The notes under the pieces were generated by a model, which did not search any database, had not been told where the DNA came from, and worked only from the letters and a program-made list of their open reading frames with translations. DNA of 64,000 nucleotides from Candidatus Woesearchaeota archaeon. Lineage in GTDB: Archaea > Nanobdellota > Nanobdellia > Pacearchaeales > GW2011-AR1. Every line of letters starts with the position of its first letter. Position 1 is the first letter of the stretch. The translations under genes were made by a program, and so were the position numbers. Below, piece after piece: positions 1 through 8,466 of this stretch. The stretch covers positions 20,880 through 84,879 of the forward strand of contig CAYPFA010000003.1 of assembly GCA_964410025.1 (NCBI GenBank), read 5' to 3'.

Positions 1-295
1 TAATTAAAATATTTTTAAACCACATTTTTGCATTTTCTCTTTTAACAACATCATAACCCGAAATCATAAAATTAAAGCCCGTATAAAGCAATAGCAATCC
101 ATAAAACATCGAGAGGATATACATAACTATCGCCCAAATAGAACCGAACGCAGAAAGATTAACTGGCTCAGTTATCAGCGATTTTGTTAAGTCTAATAAT
201 GGCTGAATTGGTGCATTAATTAAGTTTATAATAAAATCATAAAGCTTTTGTGGGATGCAGGTTGCTAAATTCAATAAACCGCAATCGTCAGTCAT
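1..295 (-). CDS. Membrane protein, partial (N-terminal ~98 aa; gene runs past window start). ATG at 295 overlaps the TGA of the upstream gene (ATGA).
   Basis: Manual minus-strand translation from ATG 295-293 gives MTDDCGLLNLATCIPQKLYDF...GSIWAIVMYILSMFYGLLLLYTGFNFMISGY with hydrophobic helices and no stop before position 1. Confidence 0.35.
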   Translation of the reverse strand, partial: MTDDCGLLNLATCIPQKLYDFIINLINAPIQPLLDLTKSLITEPVNLSAFGSIWAIVMYILSMFYGLLLLYTGFNFMISGYDVVKRENAKMWFKNILI

Positions 296-1671
296 TTTTT
301 ACCTCCAAAATACTTTTTCAAAACCACAAGTAGAACATAATTTAGAAACAGAAAAATGCCACAGTTATAAATAATCCAAAATCTATCTTGTTCTTGTACA
401 TAAATTATTCTTTCTGTCTTTGAACTTCCATTAAAAGCAACTATCTTATTTTCTAAGTTCTGAGAAATAAAACTCGTATTTCCGAAGATAATCTTGCTTT
501 GGTTTCCATAACTAATATTTACAGATAAATTTTGAGGATAAACATAAACTTTTATTGTTTCATTCGCAAGATAATTTAATTTATCTGTTTCAATTCTAAA
601 ATCAATAGGTTTTTGCTCAGCATAGCATGATTTGTTTATGTAATTAAATAAGTCAAATGCCTCGATTGAACAATTATTTGTATTTTTAACAATTAAACTC
701 GTTCCTTGCTTGAATAAATTCTTAATTTGCTCTTGTTTGTAGTCATTTGCTCTTAAAGTTAAAACATAGTAGGGAGACTTAGAATAATTAACAGAATAAA
801 TAAATTCGTCAAACTTATAATAAGAATCTTGAAAGTTTGCTTTAACAGAATTGCTATAACTTAAATTAAAATTAGTATTGCCTGAATAACTTGAAAGTGT
901 ATTAAGATTGGCTGTTAAAGAATTGTTATAATATTTTATTTGCAGATAATCTACTGCTTGTAAATTATCTTTCTGAACTTCATTATAATTATAAGAACAT
1001 CGGTAGCTATATGTTCTGCAAACGCCATTCTTTCGCTTAGAGCAATATCTTTCCCAATAATAATGATCAATTGAATAAGAAACATTAATGGTGAAAACAG
1101 ATTTAATTTGTGAATCGCCAAGTATATTGACATTTACTAATTTTCCACTTCCCTGATAAATATTATTTACAAAAACCTTATTTTCAGAGATATTTTTAGT
1201 CAGAGTATAGCTTCTTTTGCAGTCTCCGCTACTAGTTTGCGAATATCCTGGGCTATTATAATTAACAGGAGAGATGAAATTATAGTTATAACCAGTAAAT
1301 ACTTTTGTTTGATTCGAAACATATAAAGAATTATTGTACAAAACAGAAGGCATTGCTGTAAAAATACTCATCCAAAAATCTTTAATAAAAATACCTTGCT
1401 GTTTACTTACGCCATTTGGCGGATTAACAATTGCCAAGTTTGTATTCCTATCATAAATATATTTGTGGTCTGGAAAGAATTTATTAGAATAATCTAGGTT
1501 TGAAATAATTAGTTCTTTTTCTAAGTCAGTTAAATTCATATTTTTAATTTGGACGCAGGTATCATAATTAGGTGCAGAAATTTGAGAACACTCAATAGAA
1601 TAAATGAAAGGGATTTGCACAGCTACTAAAAGTAAAAGTGCAAAGAGCCCAATCAAATATTTTTTTATCAT
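292..1671 (-). CDS. Secreted or cell-surface protein with N-terminal signal/TM segment. Asn/Tyr/Ser-rich with many N-x-S/T sequons.
   Basis: 459-aa ORF with hydrophobic N-terminus (LIGLFALLLLVAVQIPF), then a low-complexity N/Y/S-rich body. Start follows the stop of the upstream gene by 1 nt. Confidence 0.5.
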   Translation of the reverse strand: MIKKYLIGLFALLLLVAVQIPFIYSIECSQISAPNYDTCVQIKNMNLTDLEKELIISNLDYSNKFFPDHKYIYDRNTNLAIVNPPNGVSKQQGIFIKDFWMSIFTAMPSVLYNNSLYVSNQTKVFTGYNYNFISPVNYNSPGYSQTSSGDCKRSYTLTKNISENKVFVNNIYQGSGKLVNVNILGDSQIKSVFTINVSYSIDHYYWERYCSKRKNGVCRTYSYRCSYNYNEVQKDNLQAVDYLQIKYYNNSLTANLNTLSSYSGNTNFNLSYSNSVKANFQDSYYKFDEFIYSVNYSKSPYYVLTLRANDYKQEQIKNLFKQGTSLIVKNTNNCSIEAFDLFNYINKSCYAEQKPIDFRIETDKLNYLANETIKVYVYPQNLSVNISYGNQSKIIFGNTSFISQNLENKIVAFNGSSKTERIIYVQEQDRFWIIYNCGIFLFLNYVLLVVLKKYFGGKK

Positions 1672-1672
1672 G

Positions 1673-2011
1673 CTAGCCTATGATAAAATTTACTATCAAA
1701 GGTGCTAGCCAAATGACAATTAAGCCGATAACGACATACATTGCCATATTCTTTGCCTGTTCTCGTTTTCCTGGATCGTCCCCAGACATAATATATGTAA
1801 TTCCAGCAAATAACAAAACTAAAACCGCTATGGCTGAAGCAAAGTATTTTACTAGATTATATATCTTCATCACTGGAGAGAGCATTGTGTCGAATGTCGC
1901 TTTATCTGCTGGAGAGATTGGCTGATTATAGTCCAAAGCTACAACAACCTGAAGAGCAAACATTATTCCGAGTAAAACAAGACCCATGATAGAATATATT
2001 TTCTTATCCAT
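1673..2011 (-). CDS. Small two-helix membrane protein with a topology reminiscent of VirB2/TrbC-type pilins
   Basis: 112 aa with N-terminal hydrophobic segment (MGLVLLGIMFALQVVVA), a polar middle and a second long hydrophobic segment (AIAVLVLLFAGITYI...VVIGLIVIWLAPLIV). Overlaps the upstream zinc-ribbon gene. Confidence 0.4.
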   Translation of the reverse strand: MDKKIYSIMGLVLLGIMFALQVVVALDYNQPISPADKATFDTMLSPVMKIYNLVKYFASAIAVLVLLFAGITYIMSGDDPGKREQAKNMAMYVVIGLIVIWLAPLIVNFIIG

Positions 2012-2192
2012 TTTTATACCTCCTGCAAAATTTAGTTGATTTTGAGGTACTTTCTAATAGAAGACTGATAAATTGCATTATATATTTAGGATAATCTTCT
2101 CCATATTTTCCTTTAAAAAAATCCTTGCAAGAATCACAAACATCGTCTTCATTGTCATCTATTTTCTTCTGGCAAACAAAACATCTTGTCAT
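2004..2192 (-). CDS. Small zinc-ribbon protein (CxxC...CxxC)
   Basis: 62 aa: MTRCFVCQKKIDDNEDDVCDSCKDFF. Two CxxC pairs. ATGA overlap with the methyltransferase gene stop. Confidence 0.45.
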   Translation of the reverse strand: MTRCFVCQKKIDDNEDDVCDSCKDFFKGKYGEDYPKYIMQFISLLLESTSKSTKFCRRYKNG

Positions 2193-3139
2193 GATTCACC
2201 ACCTATTTCTTTTAATCTTCTTTCAGCTGTTTTGAGATATTCTCTATTTATTTCTAAACCAATAAAATTTCTTTTCAATCTTTTGCAAACTAATGCAGTT
2301 GTCCCGCTACCCATAAAGGGATCTAAAACGATTCCGCCTTCTGGACAACCTGCAAGCATGCAAAATTCAGGTAGTTTGGAAGGAAACATGGCGAAATGTA
2401 ATTCTCTTGAAGGTTCGAATGGGAACATCAAACAATCAGAGGGATTTTTACCATTAGGATGACAGGATTTTTTCACTCCATGCACATTAAATTGTTTTGC
2501 ATAAGGACTTTCTGAATTTGTTTTATATAGTGTCTTTTCTCTTTTTAGAGAGCTCTCTTTATGAGGAATTCTTACCTTATTTAAATCAAAATAATATTTT
2601 TCATTTTTAACAAAGAAGAGGATAGATTCTGAAACTGTATTAAATCTGTCTTTCGCAGAAGAAGGTATCGCATTTCCCCAGCTTTCTTTTGTTTTCCAAT
2701 TGGTTAGTGTTTTTATCCATTTAATATCGTTTCTCAATATTAATCCCAGTTGACATTGTGCAGATATTGCGATTCTATATGGGATCAGAAGCTTTTGTTT
2801 TGGTCTAAGCCAATCACATTTATGACCTAATGCCCTATTGTAGTAAGAATCGCCTATATTGAGAAAAATAGTTCCTGTTGGTTTTATTATTCTCTTACAT
2901 TCTTTTAGAATTTCTAGAATATTATTAATATAGTCTACTGGACTTTTTTCTCTGCCTATCTGATTCTTAACTCCATAATCTCTTAATGCCCAATAGGGCG
3001 GGGAAGTTATAACACAATCCACATAATTATCGGGTATTCTCTTTAGTGATTTTAGGCAATCTCCGAGGTATATTTTATTTAGTCCTCTAATGTCCTGTTT
3101 GATTGAGTTTTTTATTTTCATGGAAACCAAACCCCTCAC
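2189..3139 (-). CDS. DNA methyltransferase, N4-cytosine/N6-adenine family (PF01555-like, beta-class motif order; SPPY suggests N4C)
   Basis: N-terminal catalytic motif IV VDCVITSPPYW preceded by IYLGDCLKSLKRIPDN. C-terminal AdoMet motif I VLDPFMGSGTTALVCKRLKRNFIGLEIN. First gene of a co-directional overlapping operon. Confidence 0.8.
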   Translation of the reverse strand: MRGLVSMKIKNSIKQDIRGLNKIYLGDCLKSLKRIPDNYVDCVITSPPYWALRDYGVKNQIGREKSPVDYINNILEILKECKRIIKPTGTIFLNIGDSYYNRALGHKCDWLRPKQKLLIPYRIAISAQCQLGLILRNDIKWIKTLTNWKTKESWGNAIPSSAKDRFNTVSESILFFVKNEKYYFDLNKVRIPHKESSLKREKTLYKTNSESPYAKQFNVHGVKKSCHPNGKNPSDCLMFPFEPSRELHFAMFPSKLPEFCMLAGCPEGGIVLDPFMGSGTTALVCKRLKRNFIGLEINREYLKTAERRLKEIGGES

Positions 3140-3336
3140 TTATTCTTATATTCCCTAACAGAAAAAACTTCGAAGTTTTATTCGAACTTTTTTTAGACAA
3201 AAAATCTGTTAGTTTCTATTTAAATCAAAGAACTATTTGTTTTGTATGGAAACAAAAAAGCCCCTGACGCCCGAAGAAGTTATTGCACAACTGAAGAAAC
3301 TCATAGAATCTAGAAATAAACTTAATTCTTTAAAAA

Positions 3337-3519
3337 ATGGGAATGAACTCAAAGCTCCACATACTGCTCAAAACTGAAGACTTCAATAAGCTAAAGAACG
3401 AGGCTTTTAATAAACAGGTTTCCCTGTCTGACCTATGCAGATTAAGACTTTTGCAGTATAACCAGCTTGAGAAAATTGAATTGATACTAGAGAATATAAA
3501 TCAAAAGATAAAACATTGA
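3337..3519 (+). CDS. Putative ribbon-helix-helix (CopG/Arc-like) DNA-binding protein, divergent from the methyltransferase operon
   Basis: 60 aa. KLHILLKTEDFNKLKNEAFNKQVSLSDLCRLRL fits a beta-strand plus two helices RHH pattern. A 197-bp divergent intergenic region is shared with the MTase gene. Confidence 0.4.
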   Translation: MGMNSKLHILLKTEDFNKLKNEAFNKQVSLSDLCRLRLLQYNQLEKIELILENINQKIKH

Positions 3520-3706
3520 ATAAACCTCTATTGCCGAGTATAAGGGTCTTTAAATATAGGTATTTCTAACAAGAATCAATAAAATAGAATACTTTAAATT
3601 TACATCCCTTTCGGATAAGATAATATGTTACATTGGGCTGGAGAGTAATGTGTTTGTGATTTCAGAGAGACGGAAATACATCTCCTCGCAATCACAAAAT
3701 ACTGTA

Positions 3707-3779
3707 CGCTCCCACCGGGATTCGAACCCGGGTTTCCACCGTGAAAGGGTGATGTCCTTGGCCTCTAGACTATAGGAGC
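3707..3779 (-). tRNA. tRNA-Glu (anticodon UUC), 73 nt, no encoded CCA
   Basis: Minus-strand sequence GCTCCTA-TA-GTCT-AGAGGCCAA-GGAC-A-TCACC-CTTTCAC-GGTGG-AAAC-CCGGG-TTCGAAT-CCCGG-TGGGAGC-G folds as a canonical cloverleaf. T-loop GTTCGAATC. Anticodon loop CU-UUC-AC. Confidence 0.85.
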
Positions 3780-3801
3780 TTTGATTTCTTCAACAAAGTT
3801 G

Positions 3802-3810
3802 AATTTATAT
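3802..3810 (-). promoter_or_regulatory. TATA-like box (AATATAAAT on minus strand) about 22-30 nt upstream of tRNA-Glu 5' end
   Basis: Minus-strand upstream region reads ...TTATAGAAGAGAATATAAATTCAACTTTGTTGAAGAAATCAAA|GCTCC. The spacing fits an archaeal TATA/BRE promoter. Confidence 0.35.
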
Positions 3811-3840
3811 TCTCTTCTATAAGATAACGCAGTGCGTGCA

Positions 3841-3856
3841 TTAGACTATAGGAGCT
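3841..3856. repeat. 16-bp exact direct repeat of the tRNA-Glu 5' end (tagactataggagctt, copy of 3765-3780)
   Basis: An identical 16-mer occurs at 3765-3780 (inside and just upstream of tRNA-Glu on the minus strand) and at 3841-3856. The sequence diverges immediately outside. Confidence 0.6.
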
Positions 3857-4007
3857 TAATTTACCGAGCAAAAATTCGTTTTTAAAACTTCCTAAAATAA
3901 AAGATATATAAAACCTTAAATATTTCGAGCTTAAAAGGCTTTATCTTCACTAGAGAATAATATAAATTAACACAAACAAATAAAAAGCCTCATTTCTCTA
4001 GAAAAAT

Positions 4008-4997
4008 ATGGTAAAGGCACAAAATCCAAACCAATCGATCTCGCAAATCAATGATTTAATTTTTAAAGAACTTATTAAGCGAGGCTATTCTCTTGAGGGC
4101 AACACTCGTGTTTGGAATATAGCTGATTCTAAATTATGGTATTTAACCCCAGAGCAAGCTCAAGGCTACTTGGATTTGGAAAATGACACTAGCTACCAAA
4201 AACAAACAGGTCAACCACAAGCTGAAGATTTAATAGAATCAAACATGAAAGAAATTGTTGAAGAGGTTGGAAATGAACCAATAAACATTGTTGATTTGGG
4301 GTGTGGAGATGGCTCCAAGGCAATAAAGATTATTGAGTTATTAAGAATGATTAATCAGAATATAAAAATAAGATATTGCCCTATTGACATTAGTGGATAT
4401 ATGGTACAGAAGGCAATTGAAACAGTACTTTCTAAGAAAAATGTTAATGAGATTATAGAATTTCAATATAATATTTCTGATTTTGAAAATTTGGAAAACG
4501 TTACTCCCTTGTTAAATACGGGCGAGTATAAGAAAAATGTTTTTCTTTTGCTTGGAAATACGTTGGGTAATTTCGATATACACGAATTACTTTATGAAAT
4601 AAGAAATGCTATGAAGCTAGATGATATATTTTTGGTCGATACTGCTGTCGATGATAATAAACAAGAAGAGAGGGCGGCTGCTTATAGAAAAAACAAGAGA
4701 TTTAATGACTTCTTGGTAAATGTACCATTACAGCTTGGCTTAGATAAAGACGAAGTTGAGTGGGGGACAAGATGGAGATCACAGAGGATTGAATATTATT
4801 ATACTGTTTTAAAACAAAAAATAATTAGATTTCAAGAAAAAGAAATTGCATTTAATAAAGGAGATCAGATTATAATTGCTTACTCATACAAGCATAAGAA
4901 GGATAATCTTTTGACTTACTTTAATATGCATTTCAAACAGGTCTCTCTGAATATCTCTAAAGACAAGTCCAAGGCATTAGTTATCTGTAAAAAATAA
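4008..4997 (+). CDS. Class I SAM-dependent methyltransferase (EgtD/Methyltransf_33-like motif I)
   Basis: 329 aa. Motif I NIVDLGCGDGSKAIKIIELL with downstream acidic residue pattern. No other recognisable domains. Confidence 0.55.
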   Translation: MVKAQNPNQSISQINDLIFKELIKRGYSLEGNTRVWNIADSKLWYLTPEQAQGYLDLENDTSYQKQTGQPQAEDLIESNMKEIVEEVGNEPINIVDLGCGDGSKAIKIIELLRMINQNIKIRYCPIDISGYMVQKAIETVLSKKNVNEIIEFQYNISDFENLENVTPLLNTGEYKKNVFLLLGNTLGNFDIHELLYEIRNAMKLDDIFLVDTAVDDNKQEERAAAYRKNKRFNDFLVNVPLQLGLDKDEVEWGTRWRSQRIEYYYTVLKQKIIRFQEKEIAFNKGDQIIIAYSYKHKKDNLLTYFNMHFKQVSLNISKDKSKALVICKK

Positions 4998-5023
4998 AAA
5001 ACTCACAAAAATAAATGAGTTAC

Positions 5024-5374
5024 TTAAAAATTAAATTTCTTTGCAATATTTCCTATAATTGGAGTTTCCTTTTCTTCTCCAGACAAAGCATAAACCCAGC
5101 TGAATATCCAAAGAACAGTAAAAAATAAACTAATTAATTTACTTATTATCCATCCGAATCCAGGAATCCAGAATATTATAGAGCTAATAATTGAACCAAC
5201 TATTGCAAATAAAAATATTACCAATGATTGTTTTGCATAAAACATTACATATTTATTTTCTTTTTTTGTTAGTAATGCAATAAGAAATCCAACAATACTA
5301 AAGAAAGCAGCAACGAATGCAAATGTCTTGCTATCATCAGTTTTTTTTGCAACAACTTTTTTTGATTTCACCAT
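5024..5374 (-). CDS. Small integral membrane protein (3 predicted TM helices), Lys-rich N-terminus
   Basis: 116 aa. MVKSKKVVAKKTDD then FAFVAAFFSIVGFLIALL, LVIFLFAIVGSIISSIIFWIPGFGWII and FFTVLWIFSWVYAL. Confidence 0.45.
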   Translation of the reverse strand: MVKSKKVVAKKTDDSKTFAFVAAFFSIVGFLIALLTKKENKYVMFYAKQSLVIFLFAIVGSIISSIIFWIPGFGWIISKLISLFFTVLWIFSWVYALSGEEKETPIIGNIAKKFNF

Positions 5375-5792
5375 AAAACCTCCCTTTTCCGATATAGAAT
5401 ACCTAAGTCGTCGTCGTTTATAAAACTAGTTATTTAAAAAATTTCACAAAAATAAATTCTGAGCCCAAAAAAATTTCGCTGTTGAGTTTATCATTGCGAA
5501 GCAACTATTGTTTAGTATTTCGCAACTGCAAAATTTTTTCACAAGATTTGACTTTTCCGCAGAATGATTCCCCCGGGACAAATATTGGTAACGAATAAAA
5601 TGAGCTCACCAAAATGTTGAACTTCAAGCAATTCGCTTTTGCCTTAATATTTCTAAATTTAAAATTGCAAATGCAAATTGCGAGTCAGGACCCCCCTGGA
5701 GTCACAAGTGCGTGCATAATTTTCACAAAGTGAAAACAAATATCCTTCTTTATTTCCAGGGAAACTTTCTTCGGTGAAGAAAGGAAGCCTAA

Positions 5793-5913
5793 TGAGCCCA
5801 CCAAGATTTGAACTTGGGACCCCCGCCTTTCTTAGCATTTCTGCTTGAAATAATGTTTCTAACGAAACACGTTCTTATAAGAGCGGTGCTCTACCAGGCT
5901 AAGCTATGGGCTC
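5793..5913 (-). tRNA. Intron-containing tRNA, anticodon UAU (tRNA-Ile-like), ~47-nt intron at canonical 37/38 position
   Basis: Minus strand: GAGCCCA-TA-GCTT-AGCCTGGTA-GAGC-A-CCGCT-CTTATA[47-nt intron AGAACGTGTTTCGTTAGAAAC...GCTAAGAA]A-GGCGG-GGGTC-CCAAG-TTCAAAT-CTTGG-TGGGCTC-A. All stems pair. Mature length is 74 nt. Confidence 0.6.
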
Positions 5914-6155
5914 ATCTTTATCTTTTATGTTCCCACAGCAAAGAGCAATTTTTATTCTTTCTCTTTCATAAGCTATGGGCTCATAACTTCCATGTTTAGA
6001 AGATATTGAGCTTTTTTAAAGATTTGTTAATTAGTTTTATTTTTGAATTCTTTTGTCTACTGGTAAAGTGCATCTTAAATCGATATTAACCATAGTATGT
6101 TTTTCAAAGCGTTTTTCTCACCATAACCTTTATAAACACATTTTTGTACTAAAAA

Positions 6156-6926
6156 TTGAACACAATGGAAGAACGAAAGATTGTTGTTCCTGGCGAAACG
6201 ATTATCCAAGGCGATGAATTCTTGCCGGGCGACGGAACACGAAGAGAAGAGAAAGATATTGTTGCTAGTAGATTTGGCTTAGCAGATATTTCTGATAGAC
6301 TTGTTAGAGTAATTCCTTTATCTGGAGTTTATGCTCCCCGAAGAGGAAATGTAATTATCGGACAAATTGTTGGAATAACTTTTAAGGGATGGAATGTTGA
6401 TTTCGGCAGTCACGCTAACGGATTTTTGAATGTTGCTGAGGTTCCAAGATATATTGGAAAAGGTGAACTTAGAGATTTCTTAGATTTTGGCGACGTTGTT
6501 TGTGCTAAAGTTTTCGGAACAGACGGAAATAGTGTTGACTTATCCATAAAATTCAGAGGATTCGGAAAAATCGACGGCGGACAATTAATTAATGTTAATC
6601 CAAATAAAGTTCCAAGAATTATCGGCAAAGAAGGAAGCATGGTTAACTTAATAAAGGAAGCAGCTGAATGTGATATTACCGTCGGACAAAACGGAATTAT
6701 TTGGGTTGCTGCAGACAAAATTGAAAACGAATTAAATGCAAAAAAAATTATAGAATTTATTTGTGAAAATTCCTATCTTGCTGGATTAACTGAAAAAGTT
6801 GAAGCTTTTGTAGAAAAAGAATTTGGTAAAAAAATTAAAGCAAAAGACATGAGTGCACAACAACCAATGGAAAATACTGAAAATCAAAATCAAGAAAATG
6901 AAGGAGAAGAAAATGTCGAAAACTGA
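6156..6926 (+). CDS. rrp4: Exosome complex RNA-binding subunit Rrp4 (S1 + KH domains)
   Basis: 256 aa with S1-like region (VVPGETI...GDEFLPG...YAPRRGNVIIGQIVG) and KH-like GKEGSMVNLIKE. First gene of an rrp4-rrp41-rrp42 operon. Confidence 0.8.
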   Translation: MNTMEERKIVVPGETIIQGDEFLPGDGTRREEKDIVASRFGLADISDRLVRVIPLSGVYAPRRGNVIIGQIVGITFKGWNVDFGSHANGFLNVAEVPRYIGKGELRDFLDFGDVVCAKVFGTDGNSVDLSIKFRGFGKIDGGQLINVNPNKVPRIIGKEGSMVNLIKEAAECDITVGQNGIIWVAADKIENELNAKKIIEFICENSYLAGLTEKVEAFVEKEFGKKIKAKDMSAQQPMENTENQNQENEGEENVEN

Positions 6927-7638
6927 AAGCGCTTATAAGAAAAGATATGATGGAAGAAAGAATGACGAACTTAGACCAATCTCTGCTAGGGTAGGAATTG
7001 TGCCTTCCGCTGATGGTTCTGCAATCTATCAATCTGGAAAAACAAGAGCTATTGCTGTTGTTCGAGGACCACGATTACTTCATCCAAAACATATGGAAAA
7101 TCCTAAAAAAGGAATCTTAAGAGTTAATTATCAAATGATGGCCTTCTCTGTATGGGACAGAATCAAGCCAGGAAACTCAAGAAGAGGACAAGAAATCGGA
7201 AAAGTTACAGAATGGGCTTTATCTGAAATTGTTGATTTAGAAGCTTTCCCTAATTCCGTAGTTGATGTTATTATTCAAATTCCACAAGCTGATGCTGGAA
7301 CAAGAGTAGCTGGAATCAATGCTGCTGCTATGGCTTTGGCTCAAGCTGGCGTACCAATGAAAGAAATGGTTTCTGCTGTTGCCGTTGGAAAAATGGATAG
7401 AACTTTAGTTGTTGATGTTGATAAAGAAGAAGAAGACTTTGAAGAAGGCGAAGGCGCAACAGATATTCCGATCTGTTTTACTTCAAGAACAAAAAAGATA
7501 AGTTTATTACAATTAGACGGTAAAATTTCAATACCAGAATTAAAAGAATCAATTGAAATGGCAAAGAAAGCTTCAGAAAAAATATATGATGTTCAAATGA
7601 GAGCACTTAAAGAACCAGGAAAAGAGGTAAAAGGATAA
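6913..7638 (+). CDS. rrp41: Exosome complex exonuclease Rrp41 (RNase PH fold). Start moved to ATG 6913 with upstream AAGGAG.
   Basis: RNase PH-like sequence (RKNDELRPISARVGIVPSADGSAIYQSGKTRAIAVVRGP...). The ORF caller start at 6853 lies inside rrp4. ATG 6913 is preceded by aaggagaag. Confidence 0.85.
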   Translation: MSKTESAYKKRYDGRKNDELRPISARVGIVPSADGSAIYQSGKTRAIAVVRGPRLLHPKHMENPKKGILRVNYQMMAFSVWDRIKPGNSRRGQEIGKVTEWALSEIVDLEAFPNSVVDVIIQIPQADAGTRVAGINAAAMALAQAGVPMKEMVSAVAVGKMDRTLVVDVDKEEEDFEEGEGATDIPICFTSRTKKISLLQLDGKISIPELKESIEMAKKASEKIYDVQMRALKEPGKEVKG

Positions 7639-8457
7639 ATGGAAACACCAAAATTACAAAAGAGAAGAATAATTGAATTTTTACGAGAAGGTAAAAGATT
7701 CGATGGAAGAAAGTTAGACGAAGTTAGAGATATAAAAGTTGAACTTGGAATAAGCGAAAATGCTGAAGGTTCATGTGCTGTAAAATTCGGAAATACAGAA
7801 GTTTATGCTGGAGTTAAAATGTCTATTATTGCACCTTATGCTGATGGTCCTGATGAAGGAACTTTATCTGTTGGACTTGAACTTGGTACAATGGCTGACG
7901 ATGATTTTGATTTAGGCGCTCCTGGAATTGAAGCTATTGAGATGGCAAGAGTTATCGACAGAGGAATTAGAGAATCTGGAATTATTGATTGGAAAAAACT
8001 TTGTATTGAAGAAGGTAAAAAAGTTTGGCAAGTTTCTATTGATATTTATGCTGTAAACAACGACGGTAATTTATTTGACGCTGCTGCCTTAGCTGGACTT
8101 ATTGCTTTGGCTAATGCTAAACTTCCAGTTTATGATGAAAAAGAAGGAAAAGTTAAGCATGAATTAAGTGATAAATCTATTCCATTAAATAAAGATAAAA
8201 TGTCTTTCAATCTAACTGTTTATAAAATCGGAGAAATCTTTGTTCTTGATCCGACAAGAGAAGAAGAAGAAATCACTGAATGTAGACTTGGAATGGCTTT
8301 AGCAGACAACGAAGGAAAACCAAGAATTACTGCAATGCAAAAAGGAAGAGAGGGTGGCCTGAGTTCTGAAGATATGGAAAAGATTTTAAAGTTAGTTGAT
8401 GATAAATTCCCAGAGCTAAACAAAAAAATAACTAAGCTTGTTTGGAATAATAAGTAA
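7639..8457 (+). CDS. rrp42: Exosome complex subunit Rrp42 (RNase PH-like, non-catalytic)
   Basis: 272 aa RNase PH-like protein (RFDGRKLDEVRDIKVELGISENAEGSCAVKFGNTEVYAGV...) immediately after rrp41. Confidence 0.8.
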   Translation: METPKLQKRRIIEFLREGKRFDGRKLDEVRDIKVELGISENAEGSCAVKFGNTEVYAGVKMSIIAPYADGPDEGTLSVGLELGTMADDDFDLGAPGIEAIEMARVIDRGIRESGIIDWKKLCIEEGKKVWQVSIDIYAVNNDGNLFDAAALAGLIALANAKLPVYDEKEGKVKHELSDKSIPLNKDKMSFNLTVYKIGEIFVLDPTREEEEITECRLGMALADNEGKPRITAMQKGREGGLSSEDMEKILKLVDDKFPELNKKITKLVWNNK

Positions 8458-8466
8458 ATATTAAAC

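Noticed and set aside
2073-2462. 129-aa plus-strand ORF
   Set aside because: It lies entirely antisense to the well-supported DNA methyltransferase gene, and its composition is low-complexity. It is probably spurious.
5808-5999. 63-aa plus-strand ORF
   Set aside because: It overlaps the intron-containing tRNA on the opposite strand and has no ribosome-binding site. It is an artefact of the tRNA region.
6853-6912. ORF-caller start of rrp41 at 6853 (and similar long N-terminal extensions at 15810, 22900, 35915)
   Set aside because: The extensions run inside the upstream gene. Internal ATGs with an RBS or the conserved N-terminus (6913, 15789, 22837, 36005) give products matching homolog lengths.
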